From Candidatus Udaeobacter sp. (GTDB lineage: Bacteria; Patescibacteriota; Patescibacteriia; Magasanikbacterales; GWA2-37-8), in assembly GCA_035473115.1 (NCBI GenBank), contig DATION010000006.1, forward strand, positions 64,521 to 128,520: 64,000 bases of DNA, read 5' to 3'. The translations under genes were made by a program, and so were the position numbers. This document shows positions 11,035 through 21,626 of the stretch, piece by piece (the stretch's first letter is position 1; each line of letters opens with the position of its first letter). Under the pieces are notes generated by a model. The model ran no database searches and was not told where the DNA came from. It saw only the letters and a list, made by a program, of their open reading frames with translations.

Positions 11035-12438
11035 ATGGCTAAGAAAAAAATTGAGAAGAAAAAGTTTGTTAAAAAAGCAAAAACTGAAAAAGTAAAATCC
11101 AACGCCGAAATTTCGGCTGCCAGCGGCGGCAACAAAAAAGCCTATTCTTTGCTGCGCGGTATGCACGATGTTTTGCCGCGTGAAGAAAAGTATTGGAAAA
11201 ATTTATACCACACCATAGAGAATTTGGCCGAGCATTTTCAGTTTGGCCGTATTGAGACTCCGTTACTAGAAGAAGCCAGTCTGTTTATTCGTTCTATCGG
11301 TAAAGGAACCGATGTGGTTGATAAAGAAATGTATATTTTTGAAGATCGAGACGGCAATAAAGTAACCCTTCGTCCGGAAAATACTGCCGCTGTAGTGCGC
11401 GCTTACATTATGCACGGCATGTGGAACATGACTCAGCCGGTAAAAATGTGGTATTGGGGGCCAATGTTTAGATATGATCGCCCGCAAGCCGGCCGATATA
11501 GACAATTTAACCAGTTAGGCTTTGAAACCTTAGGTGACGCTGACCCGGTAGTAGATGCTGAGTTAATTTTGATTGCCCATAATTTTTATAAAGATTTAGG
11601 TTTGCCGGTAGAAATTCATATCAACAGTATCGGCATGCCGGAAGAAAGACAAAAGTATAAAGCCGCTTTGGTAGAGTATTACCGCAGCAAGCGCAGTTAT
11701 TTGTGTGATGATTGCAAACAAAGATTAAACAAAAATCCGCTGCGTCTTTTGGATTGCAAACAAGAAAGATGTCAGCCGATAAAAGAAGAAGCGCCGCAAA
11801 TTATTGATTGGCTGGAAGAAGAATCCAAAAATCATTTTATGAAAGTTTTGGAATATTTGGATGAATTGTCTGTGCCTTATGTTCTAAAATCAACTTTAGT
11901 GCGCGGATTGGATTATTACACCAGAACTGTTTTTGAAGTTTTCCCGGCAGTGGGGGATGTAGAGTCTCTTGGCGCTCAGAGCGCTTTGGGCGGCGGCGGC
12001 AGATATGACTTGTTGGTTCAAGAAATGGGCGGTCGGCCAACTGCGGCAGCTGGATTTTCTTTGGGAATCGAAAGAGCGGTTTCGGCTTTAAAACAGTATA
12101 TGGACGCCAACCAAATCAAACCATTGGCGCAAAAGTTTGATGCTTATATGGCTCAATTAGGCGATCAAGCTCGCCGTCGAGCCTTAAAAACAATCAATGA
12201 GCTGCGCAGTTCCGGCTTAAAAGTTGATTATAATTTTTCTAAAAATTCTCTAAAGAGCCAGCTAGAAGCAGCCAATAGTCTGCAGGTTCCTTATGCTTTG
12301 ATTCTTGGCCAAAAAGAAGTTCAAGATAGCACCATTATTATTCGGGATATGGAGTCCGGCGTACAAGAAATTGTTGATCAAAAGAAGGTAGAGAGTGTGC
12401 TCAAAAAGAAGCTGTCTAGGTTTGACGAGACCAAATAA
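11035..12438 (+). CDS. hisS: Histidyl-tRNA synthetase
   Basis: LRGMHDVLP, RFIRSIGKGTDVVDKEMYIFEDRDGNKVTLRPENTA and RYDRPQAGRYRQF are class II HisS motifs. C-terminal anticodon-binding domain present. Confidence 0.9.
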   Translation: MAKKKIEKKKFVKKAKTEKVKSNAEISAASGGNKKAYSLLRGMHDVLPREEKYWKNLYHTIENLAEHFQFGRIETPLLEEASLFIRSIGKGTDVVDKEMYIFEDRDGNKVTLRPENTAAVVRAYIMHGMWNMTQPVKMWYWGPMFRYDRPQAGRYRQFNQLGFETLGDADPVVDAELILIAHNFYKDLGLPVEIHINSIGMPEERQKYKAALVEYYRSKRSYLCDDCKQRLNKNPLRLLDCKQERCQPIKEEAPQIIDWLEEESKNHFMKVLEYLDELSVPYVLKSTLVRGLDYYTRTVFEVFPAVGDVESLGAQSALGGGGRYDLLVQEMGGRPTAAAGFSLGIERAVSALKQYMDANQIKPLAQKFDAYMAQLGDQARRRALKTINELRSSGLKVDYNFSKNSLKSQLEAANSLQVPYALILGQKEVQDSTIIIRDMESGVQEIVDQKKVESVLKKKLSRFDETK

Positions 12439-12495
12439 TAAAGGTATAATTCAAGTTATTAGTTAAAACTTAATTTAAGAAAGTGAGGTGGAAAT

Positions 12496-12735
12496 ATGTC
12501 GGAAGTAAAACGAAAGAAAAATGAATCCTTTGAAGCTTTTTTACGGCGCGTAAAGAAGCGTTGGCAGCAATCCGGCAAAATGTTGCAAGTTAAAAAAATT
12601 CAATTTTACGAACGTCCAAAAAATAAAAATATGCGCAAAAAAAGCGCTTTGCACCGTTTAGCCGTATCACAGAAGATTGAATACATGAAGAAAGTTGGTT
12701 TAATGCCAGAGGAAACAAAACGATTTGGAAAATAA
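12496..12735 (+). CDS. rpsU: 30S ribosomal protein S21
   Basis: MSEVKRKKNESFEAFLRRVKKR...FYERP matches the S21 N-terminus. GGTGG 7 nt upstream. Confidence 0.8.
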   Translation: MSEVKRKKNESFEAFLRRVKKRWQQSGKMLQVKKIQFYERPKNKNMRKKSALHRLAVSQKIEYMKKVGLMPEETKRFGK

Positions 12736-12765
12736 AATTACTTAATATTTTTACTCCATTGTCCC

Positions 12766-14808
12766 ATGCTTCAATGGAAGCCTAAAAAATATCAAACAGC
12801 AGCCATTAAAGCCGCTATCATAACGACAGTTATTTTGTTAGCGGTTTTTTGGTTTGCGGGCGCTACAGCAGTCCGTGCCCAAGGGATAGAAGATCCAAGT
12901 AGCAGCTTGCAAACCGGAGTTACTATTATTGGTCAGCCGCTAGGGTTAACTTCAACCGATATCCGGGTGGTAGTGGCCAATATTATCAGGGTAGCTTTGG
13001 GAATTTTAGGCATAGTGCTGGTAGTACTGGTGCTTTATGCCGGTTATTTATGGATGACTGCCGGTGGCAATGAAGACCAAATAAGCACAGCCAAGCAATT
13101 TATGGTTAATGCAGCTATCGGTTTGGCAATTATTCTTAGCGCTTATGCAATTGTCAGTTTTGTGATTAGTAAATTAGTCGGGGCCACTACCGGTACAAGT
13201 ACGCTTAACCCAGAAAATTTAGCTGCCCCAGCATCGCAAAATTTTCAAGGCAGCGGCGCTTTGGGACAGATTATAAAAGACCATTACCCAACCAGAGATC
13301 AAACTCAAGTTCCGCGCAATACCAGAATCGTGATAACTTTTCGTCGGCCGGTTAAAGTTGATAGTTTTGTAGATGATACAACTGGCGACGGTATTTTTGG
13401 AAACTGCCGAACTACTGTAGAAAATTGGTACAATGATTGTGATCATGTTAAAAACTTTAACGATAATTTAATAAATATTAAGCGTTTTGATAATAATGAA
13501 AAAATTTTTGGCGCTGTAGCTTTGGCAGCCAGCAGCACCGAAAATGGAGTTTCCGGAGTTTACACTATTGTCATTAAGCCGATTACCGACCCAAGCAGCG
13601 CTAGTGGGGGCTATCTTGGCAGTCCAACCGAATTAATAAGTTATGCCGTGCATCTGGGTTCCGGTTTATTAATAGATGATCCCGCCAATGGTAATCCATC
13701 TGTTTTTGCCGCCAGAATTTTGGGAAATAATTATTATGAATGGAAGTTTACCAATAGTTCGGCTCTAGACACAGCTCCGCCCGTTGTCAGTAATGTATTC
13801 CCGGCTGAAGGCGCGGTGGAAAGTAAAAATACTATTTTACAGGTTAATTTTAGTGAACCAATTGATCCGACCGGCATTCAGGGGAAATTTAATAGCACAG
13901 CCGAATCATATTATGTTTTAGACGGTCAAAATATTTTCTTAAAATCAGACAACAGTCTTTTGCCACCAGGTAGCTTTAATTTAACTAATGGTTATCGTAC
14001 TCTGGAATTTGCTCCGGCCAAAGAATGCGGTAAAAACGCCTGCGGCCAGAAAATTTATTGTTTGCCGGTCTGTGATAAAGCGGGTGCGAACTGCAATCAA
14101 GATAATTATAAAGTTTTATTGCGCGCTGCCAAAACTATCAGCGCGGGTTCGTTTGATGCTCAGCCATTTTCTGGTATAGCCGATTTATCCGGTAATGCTT
14201 TGGACGGCAATAAAAATAATACTCCTAATACTGCGCCAACCAGTTTGCCAGTTTTCCCAAATCAGGAGCAGCCGGATAACTATTTTTGGAATTTTAAAAT
14301 TTCCGATCAGATCGACGCATCCAGTCCTTTTGTGCAAACAATTTTGCCTGGCCAAGACGCATCAAATGTAGTGCGCGATCAGGAGCTAAGTTTAATATTC
14401 TCCAAAAGAATGCGAGCCGATTCCATGTATAGTATAAATATTGAAGAAAAACCGACTCAAGAAGTGCCGATTTGGAAAGTGCCATTTAGTGTTTTTGATA
14501 ATAGTAACAAAACTTATACCCGTTTAAATCATGGTCCATTTTTGGACGCTTCCCGACAGTATTATTACCCAATTCTGGATTCCAATATCCAAGATCTGCA
14601 TTTTAATTGTTTTTATCCGGGCAAAGGCCCAAACCGGCCTGTTGATCCGGGTACAATGGTATCACCGGATTGTACCGATACTAATCCGCAAAATTGCTGC
14701 CAAGTTATTACAACCCAAAACCAGTCTTTTTGCTGCAATGGAATTGTGGGTACCAAAATAGCTGACACGGCCACTTGTTTAAATTATTTAAAAACAAATA
14801 GTTTGTGA
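12766..14808 (+). CDS. Large secreted surface protein 1 (680 aa): VirB2/TrbC-like N-terminal module, Ig-like domains, Cys-rich C-terminus
   Basis: Signal peptide, then LGLTSTDIRVVVANIIRVALGILG, two hydrophobic helices separated by MTAGGNEDQ, a bacterial Ig-like segment (DTAPPVVSNVFPAEG...NFSEPIDP), and a Cys-rich tail. Confidence 0.8.
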   Translation: MLQWKPKKYQTAAIKAAIITTVILLAVFWFAGATAVRAQGIEDPSSSLQTGVTIIGQPLGLTSTDIRVVVANIIRVALGILGIVLVVLVLYAGYLWMTAGGNEDQISTAKQFMVNAAIGLAIILSAYAIVSFVISKLVGATTGTSTLNPENLAAPASQNFQGSGALGQIIKDHYPTRDQTQVPRNTRIVITFRRPVKVDSFVDDTTGDGIFGNCRTTVENWYNDCDHVKNFNDNLINIKRFDNNEKIFGAVALAASSTENGVSGVYTIVIKPITDPSSASGGYLGSPTELISYAVHLGSGLLIDDPANGNPSVFAARILGNNYYEWKFTNSSALDTAPPVVSNVFPAEGAVESKNTILQVNFSEPIDPTGIQGKFNSTAESYYVLDGQNIFLKSDNSLLPPGSFNLTNGYRTLEFAPAKECGKNACGQKIYCLPVCDKAGANCNQDNYKVLLRAAKTISAGSFDAQPFSGIADLSGNALDGNKNNTPNTAPTSLPVFPNQEQPDNYFWNFKISDQIDASSPFVQTILPGQDASNVVRDQELSLIFSKRMRADSMYSINIEEKPTQEVPIWKVPFSVFDNSNKTYTRLNHGPFLDASRQYYYPILDSNIQDLHFNCFYPGKGPNRPVDPGTMVSPDCTDTNPQNCCQVITTQNQSFCCNGIVGTKIADTATCLNYLKTNSL

Positions 14809-14834
14809 CCTTTATAAAAAATAAAAAAATAATA

Positions 14835-17800
14835 ATGCTGGCTCTGTTTGCAGTTTTGCTGACTGGCAGTTTATTTTTTGTTAAAGATTTTTCTTTGGCG
14901 CAAACTACCAGCACAGTTGACTTAGGTTTGTCTCCGGTCGGTCCAGCTCTTGGCTTGCCGTCCACTGATATTCGTTTGGTAGTGGCCAGAATTATTCGGG
15001 TAGCTTTTGGAGTGCTTGGCACCTTAGCATTAGTTTTGATTCTTTATGCTGGTTATTTATGGATGACGGCGGGTGGCGATGAAGATAAAATTTCTCAATC
15101 CAAAAAAATAATTTTTAATGCCGCTATTGGTTTGGCCATAATTTTGTCGGCTTATGCCATTGCTACTTTTGTTATTAATAAATTAGTGGAAGCTACCACT
15201 GGCAATGTTGGCGGCACGGGCCAAAATGGCGGGCCGGGTGATAATCCATTTTTGCCGCCGGGAATTTTTTATATTGACAGCTTGCCGCAAGGTGGACAGA
15301 TGTGTGTCAGGAATGTTCATTTAGCAGTTAGCTTTAATAGAGATGTTGATTTTCTTACTTTAAACGACAATATAGTAGTAACGAAAAAAAATAGTAATGT
15401 TCCGGAACCGGGAGAATGGGAATTGTTAAGCGACACCACTGCTTCTTTTGCGCCAAAAGGCGATTGTGGCAGCGGTCCGGCAGATTGTTTGGCGCCATCT
15501 ACGGATTATGTTTTGCACTTTACTAATCCGAGCGCAATTAAAACCAAAGACGGTAAGGCTACTTTAAATTGTTCGGTTAAAGCCGGTTGTGGTGATGTGC
15601 AGTTTACTACCGGTGAAGGAGTTGATCGGGAACGGCCGCAAATAAAAATAGAGCCGATTGCTGATGATTTATTGCGCGTCGGTTCAGTAGTGCCGGTAGT
15701 AGTAAGCTATACCGATGATAATGGTGTGCAAAAAATCGATCTATTTTCTGATAATTTTTTCTTTGGCAGCCAAGCGATTGCCGGTTGTCATAAGACCGGT
15801 TCAGTTACCGTTAACTGGCCGACTGTTAATATTTCCAGCGGTCAGCATATTTTAAAAGCTGATGGCTATGACTGGTCAGCTCTTAAAGACAGCACCAGCA
15901 CCAGTGTAAGTTTATTACCACAGCATTGTTTTGATAATTCTTTGCAGACAGATTTAGGGGAAGTTAAGGTTGGTCCGCCGGCTTGCGGCGGTGAATGTGG
16001 CGGATGCGCCGGTTCAAGCTGTTCCAACAATAGTCAGTGCGCCAGCGGTTTTTGTGATCAAACTGTAGGAAAATGTGTAGATAAAATGCGGATTAGCGGC
16101 GTGTCTCCATTGTCCGGAGGGCCGGGAACCTTTGTTTCAATCTCCGGAAATTATTTTGGCAATGTTCCGGGTAAAGTTTTTATCGGTTCTGTGCAAGCTC
16201 CTCTGGCTGATTGCGGATTTGGCGCTTGGAAACCATGGCAGATAATTGTCGAAGTTCCAGCTGGCGGAGTTAGCGGTCCGATCTCAGTAGAAACAGCTGC
16301 CGATACTGCGGGAAATAAATTTACTGACGCGACCAATGATAATTTTGGTCCGGTAATTAGTGATTTTCAAGTTAATAGTACTATTCGTCCTGGTTTATGT
16401 AATATAGTTCCGGAAAATGGCTTGCCCGGAGCTGAAGTTAGTCTGACAGGTAAGCGTTTCGGAATTAGTACGGGTCAGGTATTTTTTGGTGAGCAGAGTT
16501 CTTTGGTAAGTCCGATTAATTGGACAGATAGTTTTATCAAAGCCAGAGTACCGCTCTTGTCTGCCGAGCCAGTTGGAGTAAAAGTTGTCCAAAATAACTT
16601 AGAAAGTAATAGTGTTAAATTTTTTGTTAATCAAGGTTTGAGCGGTACGGTTCCGTTTGTTTCCAGTGTTACTCCGGACCAAGGAGGTAGGGGAGAATAT
16701 ATTACAATTACCGGCAATAACTTTGGCAGTCAATTGGGCAGAGTTTCGTTTGCAGAAAATATCAATGGTCAGCCCGGAGAAGCCATTGACGGCGATTTTG
16801 CTTTTCCGCCCGGATGCCAAACTACCTGGACAGACAAACAGATTATCGTAAAGTTTCCAGTACTTAAAGGCACTGTCGGCAAATCTTATTTTGTGCAAGT
16901 CCGTCCGGCTGATGCTTCGCTAGGTTGGAGTCCGATTGGTCCTGTTTTTAACTTATCAACTGCCGCTGCCACACCTGGTATCTGTAGTATCGATCCTGTT
17001 TCCGGACCTGTGCCTTTTGCTCTCAACGCTCCGGATATGCAGATTATTGGCGAGAATTTTGGTTCATCTCCACAAGTTTATTTTTGGGCGGTAAATGGTT
17101 CGGCTAATTCCGTGTCCGGCAGAATTTTGGCCACCACCACCGCTATTACAACTTTAGGAGTTGGACAAGTTATTCATACTCGTCCGCCGGCTGGCACGAT
17201 GAGTGGTCCGGTGGTAGTAGTGCGAACTCCGGAAAACAAAATGAGCAATTCGCAAAATTTTTCGGTAGTAAATTGTGTTAAAAATAATAATACTTGCGCC
17301 AACCCTAACACTCATTGTTGTTTGACCGGAGTTGAGTCCGGAGCTTGTAAACCAAATAACGAGCTATGTGAAGGAGAAACTTTGTCTGCCGGTTATATTT
17401 GGCGTTTTAGTACCAAAGACATTCCTAAAGTTCCGCGAGTGGTAGAAAGATGTGATAATAACACTGATCTTGGTTTGAATCTGCCTAGCCCTTCGCCAAG
17501 CGCGGCTTGGGATGGAAATGCTGGCGGAGCTCACCATAACGTTTGTCGTTCCGCCGACTTAACGGTTGAGTTTAATCTGCCAACTATAAATAAAATTTCT
17601 CGTTCTAATTTGGTGGTCAACGAATGTGACGCTAATGGCGCAGATGAAACTAATAGAACTTGTAACGTTGTCGGACAAGTCATTCTTAGCGGTACCGGAG
17701 ATTTTATTCCGCAGCCAAGCACCGAAAATAACGTTTATTTAAAATTAAGTCCAAACAGCAGTTATAACAACGGCAAATGGAAAGATAATACCTGGTATCA

Positions 17801-20800
17801 AGTAGTATTGCGTTCTGGAATTACAGCCGGATCCGGCACCAGCACGGCGTTTTTAGCCAAAGATATTCCTTGCGGCGGCGATTCAGCTTACTGCTTTGTA
17901 TTTAGATCTGGGGCGGAAGATTGTCAGATGAAACAGGTTATTATTACTCCTTACAGTTATTTTACTTCGGTTTTGGAAGCACCGATGAAGCACAGATCTT
18001 TTGTCGGAGATGAAGGTGAAGATGTAGTTTATAATGGCAATGGTTTGAGCACACAGCATTGTATAGTTATGGATACTGCCGGTTTTAGTTGGGCCTGGGG
18101 CACAAAAAATAAATATTATGCAGATATTTTTTCTGCGAATAATTCGGTAGCGAAAGTTTCAGCTTTAGCTAATACCGTAGGAGTTGGTTTAACTAATCCA
18201 AATAATGCTGTTAACATTACCGCTACCGCTACTCTGGGTTCTGCTAACTATCTTGGCAGCAGTCCGTTAGTGATAGATTTAAATAATCCGGAAGTCGTTG
18301 ATTTTTGGCCAAATTGTTTGGCAGCCTGTACTGACGCCGAAGTGGGAGTTCGGTTTAATACGACCATGTCTAATAAAAACTTGCCTAGCGGTCCGGTAAA
18401 ATTATTTAAATGTAATGATGAAAATTGTTTGGATGTTACGGCCGTGCCAGGATTTTTGGATGTTGTTTTAGATAGTGCTGCCAATTATACAGTTTTGAAA
18501 ATTGCTAATTCTGGTTCCGGCTCCTTAGAATTATTGCCAAATACAGTTTATAAAGTAGTACTTTCTAATACTACCACCAATATAAATTCGCCGGCTCTAT
18601 TATGGTCCGCCGCCAAGTTGGGCGATCCGACCACTTTTTCCAAGCCGTATAGGAAAGAGTTTAGCTGGCGGTTTAAAACTAAAGCAGATAAATGTAAAAT
18701 CAGCCGAGTGGAAGTCTCTCCGCAGAGTTTTTTTGCTGAATTTATAAATGATAAAGAAGTGTACACGGCTCAGCCTTTTTCTTCGCCGGATAGTTGTAAT
18801 CCACGTGGACAAAAATTAAATCCTTGGATGGTTAGTTGGAATTGGAGTTCGTCTCTGCCAGTAGTAGCACAAGTCACAACCTTTAGCACCAAAGGCAATA
18901 ATTCTTATTGCACTTTAGATTGTATTCGTAAAGGCAGCAGTGTAGCAATTGGAACTGCTCCGGTTCCTGTTTGTGGAAATGGCATTGTTGAAGCTGGTGA
19001 AGATTGCGACACGCCAAACAAAAATGCCGGCTGTGGTCTGAACTGTTTGCGTCTTGGAAATACAACAGCCACTTGCGGCAACGGCATAGTTGAACCAAAT
19101 TTAGGAGAAACTTGTGATGGCGGTGATGCTTCCTCGACAGTTGGTTGCAGCAGTGTCTGTTTACGTTCCGGTTCATCTCAAAATACACCAGCTACTTCTG
19201 TTAATGCTTCTATTTGTGGTAATGGTTCGGTTGGCAGCGGTGAAGACTGTGATTTAGGAATAGCCGCTTCGGCAACTTTGCCGACTTCAGCTATGGGTTG
19301 TGCCAAAAATTGTCTGCATCTGGGAACAGCTTTATCTAATAATTGGTGTTTTAATAACAGTGTTTCTTTCGGCGGGTTTTCGGAAGCAGAATTTAATACC
19401 GCCTGTAAAGGAGCTATTAGTCAGTGTGGAGATGGTGTAACTAGCCCAGATGAAGATGCCGGCTGTGATTTGGGTGGCGGCAATAAATCAGCCAAGTGTA
19501 ATGATTTTTGTCTAAATAATACTAGCGTCAACTCAGAATGTGTGGCTGGTGATCCAGGTTGTGATCAAAACAGTCAGCATTTAGGTTCGTCTTTGCTCTA
19601 TAACAACCCTTCATCATGCGGAGATGGCCAAGTAGGAATAGGTGAAGACGCTTTTTGTGAAACTAATTTACCTAATACGCATGTTGGTTTTAATCCTTGG
19701 TCCTTGGTAACAGGAGTTGGTATGGGCAGTACTAGCGGTGTTCCGCCAACTCAACAGACAGATATCAGCGCCAATACTTCTCAACAAACTATCGGCGGTT
19801 CAATTGGTGATAAAGGGAAGTTTATTATTCCTTGCGGTTTCAAAACTGATCAGCAATGTCAAGCCAGATTAGGCAATGATTGGGGAGTAGGAGATAATGG
19901 CTGCTGCAGTTTGCGTCCAAAACTATTAAAAGTTTTCCCTGGCAGCACCAGCACAGTCCAAGCCAATGTTTGCCCTAACACTTCAATTAAAGCTACCTTT
20001 GATCAAGAGATTGATGAGAATAGTTTAAGAGATAATATCATAGTAGCTCGGGGGTTAGGAACTTCTTCCACTGCCAGTTGTGTTGGCACTCAAGATGTTT
20101 CCGATTTAGTGGCGCTTAACTTGCAAAATAATTTACCATGGTACAAAAAGATTTTTGCAACTGTCAGCAATTTCTTTAAAAATCTATTTGGCCAAGATGC
20201 TGATGCTTCACACACAGCCACTCAATCGGTCAAATGGTGTGCGGGAGAAGATTCGGGTCGAGCTGAAATTACGGTTGTCAGCAGCACGCTTAATACGATT
20301 ACTTTCAAATTAGAAAAACCATTAGCTTTTGATACGGATTATTTTGTGGCACTCAAAGATGGAATTCGCAGCAAGCAGGGAATAAGTATTGGCAAAGATA
20401 ATACTACCGGCAAACCATTAAGTTGGAAGTTTATTACCGGAACAAAAATTTGTGAGATTGATAACATGTCGGTCGACGCGCCTCAAGTTTATTTAAATAA
20501 ATTTGGCGCTACTTCCACTTTGAACGCCCATGTTTATAATGTAAATGGCGCTGAAATTCAGTCTTTACCGGGTTATTATGCCTGGGATTATTTCTGGCAG
20601 CCGGTTTCCAATCCGTATGTAAATTTACAAGCGGTATCTTCATCTTTGAATAATATTTCTGCTCAGAATCACAATGGTGAAATTGATCTGCGCGCTTCGG
20701 CCATTATTACCAGCAATATTTATTCTTCTCAGTCCGGCGTGGCCGCTACCGGTAAATCTCATGCGATTGTTTTCTTATGCGAAAATCCTTGGCCGCCAAA

Positions 20801-21572
20801 AGATCTTTATTTAAACGGCGCCGGACCATATATTATTTTCCCTTACGAAGATAAAGTTGGCAACAATGACGGTTTTGATTTAGTGTCCAATTCATTTAAT
20901 AATACTTTATTGCCGGCCTCTCCTGCTGGCGGTTACTTTAATTTCCGTTCTTATTATTGTGCCGACAGCGGCAGCTTTGGCACAACCGATGATTTGCCGT
21001 ATTTGCGTCCAGCCGTGCAAGTCTCAAATTCAGTTGTCGCCGATAGTCCGACTTCCAGTTTAAAGAGATTTATTTTCACCAATGACAAAAATAATGATGC
21101 TATCGGTATTGCCGTCTTCTCTAATCCAAACCACTTAACAGTGGCCCAGTGGTTTGCCAATGATCAGGCTTTGGGCGGAAGAGGATTTAGCGGCAATATG
21201 CAAACTACCAAAATAGATGGTTATGATGCCTTAACCGACGGTAATAATATTTATGTAGATGCGCTCAACTATTCCGATATTCCGCCGCATAATATCTATT
21301 CCAATATTTATCTCTTTAGCATCAGCGCCAATGCTCAGCCGGAAACTAGAAAAGTGTTTGAGCAGATGATGCAAAATTTAAGTTTCAATGTCAACCTGAC
21401 CAATTACGGTTACTGCGGACAGACAATGGCTAATCCGGGGGCATCAACTACCTGTCAAACCGATTTAGATTGTTCGGGAGGAGAAGTCTGTTCGGTGCAG
21501 ATAGATAAGCTAAAAAGAAATTATCGCCGCTTAAGAGATCTGAATGAAATTCAAAGTTTATTGGGTTTATAA
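14835..21572 (+). CDS. Giant surface protein 2 (~2245 aa): the same N-terminal module, IPT/TIG-like repeats, Myxococcus-type cysteine-rich repeats
   Basis: The N-terminal ~130 aa are paralogous to protein 1 (LGLPSTDIRLVVARIIRVAFGVLG ... MTAGGDEDK ...). At least four IPT/TIG-like units (ISGVSPLSGGPGTFVSISGNYFG and similar). About 6-7 CGNGxVExGEDCD repeats. Track start GTG 14805 overlaps the upstream stop. ATG 14835 is preferred. Confidence 0.85.
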   Translation: MLALFAVLLTGSLFFVKDFSLAQTTSTVDLGLSPVGPALGLPSTDIRLVVARIIRVAFGVLGTLALVLILYAGYLWMTAGGDEDKISQSKKIIFNAAIGLAIILSAYAIATFVINKLVEATTGNVGGTGQNGGPGDNPFLPPGIFYIDSLPQGGQMCVRNVHLAVSFNRDVDFLTLNDNIVVTKKNSNVPEPGEWELLSDTTASFAPKGDCGSGPADCLAPSTDYVLHFTNPSAIKTKDGKATLNCSVKAGCGDVQFTTGEGVDRERPQIKIEPIADDLLRVGSVVPVVVSYTDDNGVQKIDLFSDNFFFGSQAIAGCHKTGSVTVNWPTVNISSGQHILKADGYDWSALKDSTSTSVSLLPQHCFDNSLQTDLGEVKVGPPACGGECGGCAGSSCSNNSQCASGFCDQTVGKCVDKMRISGVSPLSGGPGTFVSISGNYFGNVPGKVFIGSVQAPLADCGFGAWKPWQIIVEVPAGGVSGPISVETAADTAGNKFTDATNDNFGPVISDFQVNSTIRPGLCNIVPENGLPGAEVSLTGKRFGISTGQVFFGEQSSLVSPINWTDSFIKARVPLLSAEPVGVKVVQNNLESNSVKFFVNQGLSGTVPFVSSVTPDQGGRGEYITITGNNFGSQLGRVSFAENINGQPGEAIDGDFAFPPGCQTTWTDKQIIVKFPVLKGTVGKSYFVQVRPADASLGWSPIGPVFNLSTAAATPGICSIDPVSGPVPFALNAPDMQIIGENFGSSPQVYFWAVNGSANSVSGRILATTTAITTLGVGQVIHTRPPAGTMSGPVVVVRTPENKMSNSQNFSVVNCVKNNNTCANPNTHCCLTGVESGACKPNNELCEGETLSAGYIWRFSTKDIPKVPRVVERCDNNTDLGLNLPSPSPSAAWDGNAGGAHHNVCRSADLTVEFNLPTINKISRSNLVVNECDANGADETNRTCNVVGQVILSGTGDFIPQPSTENNVYLKLSPNSSYNNGKWKDNTWYQVVLRSGITAGSGTSTAFLAKDIPCGGDSAYCFVFRSGAEDCQMKQVIITPYSYFTSVLEAPMKHRSFVGDEGEDVVYNGNGLSTQHCIVMDTAGFSWAWGTKNKYYADIFSANNSVAKVSALANTVGVGLTNPNNAVNITATATLGSANYLGSSPLVIDLNNPEVVDFWPNCLAACTDAEVGVRFNTTMSNKNLPSGPVKLFKCNDENCLDVTAVPGFLDVVLDSAANYTVLKIANSGSGSLELLPNTVYKVVLSNTTTNINSPALLWSAAKLGDPTTFSKPYRKEFSWRFKTKADKCKISRVEVSPQSFFAEFINDKEVYTAQPFSSPDSCNPRGQKLNPWMVSWNWSSSLPVVAQVTTFSTKGNNSYCTLDCIRKGSSVAIGTAPVPVCGNGIVEAGEDCDTPNKNAGCGLNCLRLGNTTATCGNGIVEPNLGETCDGGDASSTVGCSSVCLRSGSSQNTPATSVNASICGNGSVGSGEDCDLGIAASATLPTSAMGCAKNCLHLGTALSNNWCFNNSVSFGGFSEAEFNTACKGAISQCGDGVTSPDEDAGCDLGGGNKSAKCNDFCLNNTSVNSECVAGDPGCDQNSQHLGSSLLYNNPSSCGDGQVGIGEDAFCETNLPNTHVGFNPWSLVTGVGMGSTSGVPPTQQTDISANTSQQTIGGSIGDKGKFIIPCGFKTDQQCQARLGNDWGVGDNGCCSLRPKLLKVFPGSTSTVQANVCPNTSIKATFDQEIDENSLRDNIIVARGLGTSSTASCVGTQDVSDLVALNLQNNLPWYKKIFATVSNFFKNLFGQDADASHTATQSVKWCAGEDSGRAEITVVSSTLNTITFKLEKPLAFDTDYFVALKDGIRSKQGISIGKDNTTGKPLSWKFITGTKICEIDNMSVDAPQVYLNKFGATSTLNAHVYNVNGAEIQSLPGYYAWDYFWQPVSNPYVNLQAVSSSLNNISAQNHNGEIDLRASAIITSNIYSSQSGVAATGKSHAIVFLCENPWPPKDLYLNGAGPYIIFPYEDKVGNNDGFDLVSNSFNNTLLPASPAGGYFNFRSYYCADSGSFGTTDDLPYLRPAVQVSNSVVADSPTSSLKRFIFTNDKNNDAIGIAVFSNPNHLTVAQWFANDQALGGRGFSGNMQTTKIDGYDALTDGNNIYVDALNYSDIPPHNIYSNIYLFSISANAQPETRKVFEQMMQNLSFNVNLTNYGYCGQTMANPGASTTCQTDLDCSGGEVCSVQIDKLKRNYRRLRDLNEIQSLLGL

Positions 21573-21611
21573 GCAATCTATAATTAAAAATTAAGAATCA
21601 GCAAAAAATTG

Positions 21612-21620
21612 TGGTATAAT
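21612..21620 (+). promoter_or_regulatory. Extended -10 element (TGgTATAAT) 7 nt before the ATG of surface protein 3: possible leaderless transcript
   Basis: TGGTATAAT at 21612-21620, ATG at 21627, and no SD in between. Confidence 0.3.
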
Positions 21621-21626
21621 ATCTAT

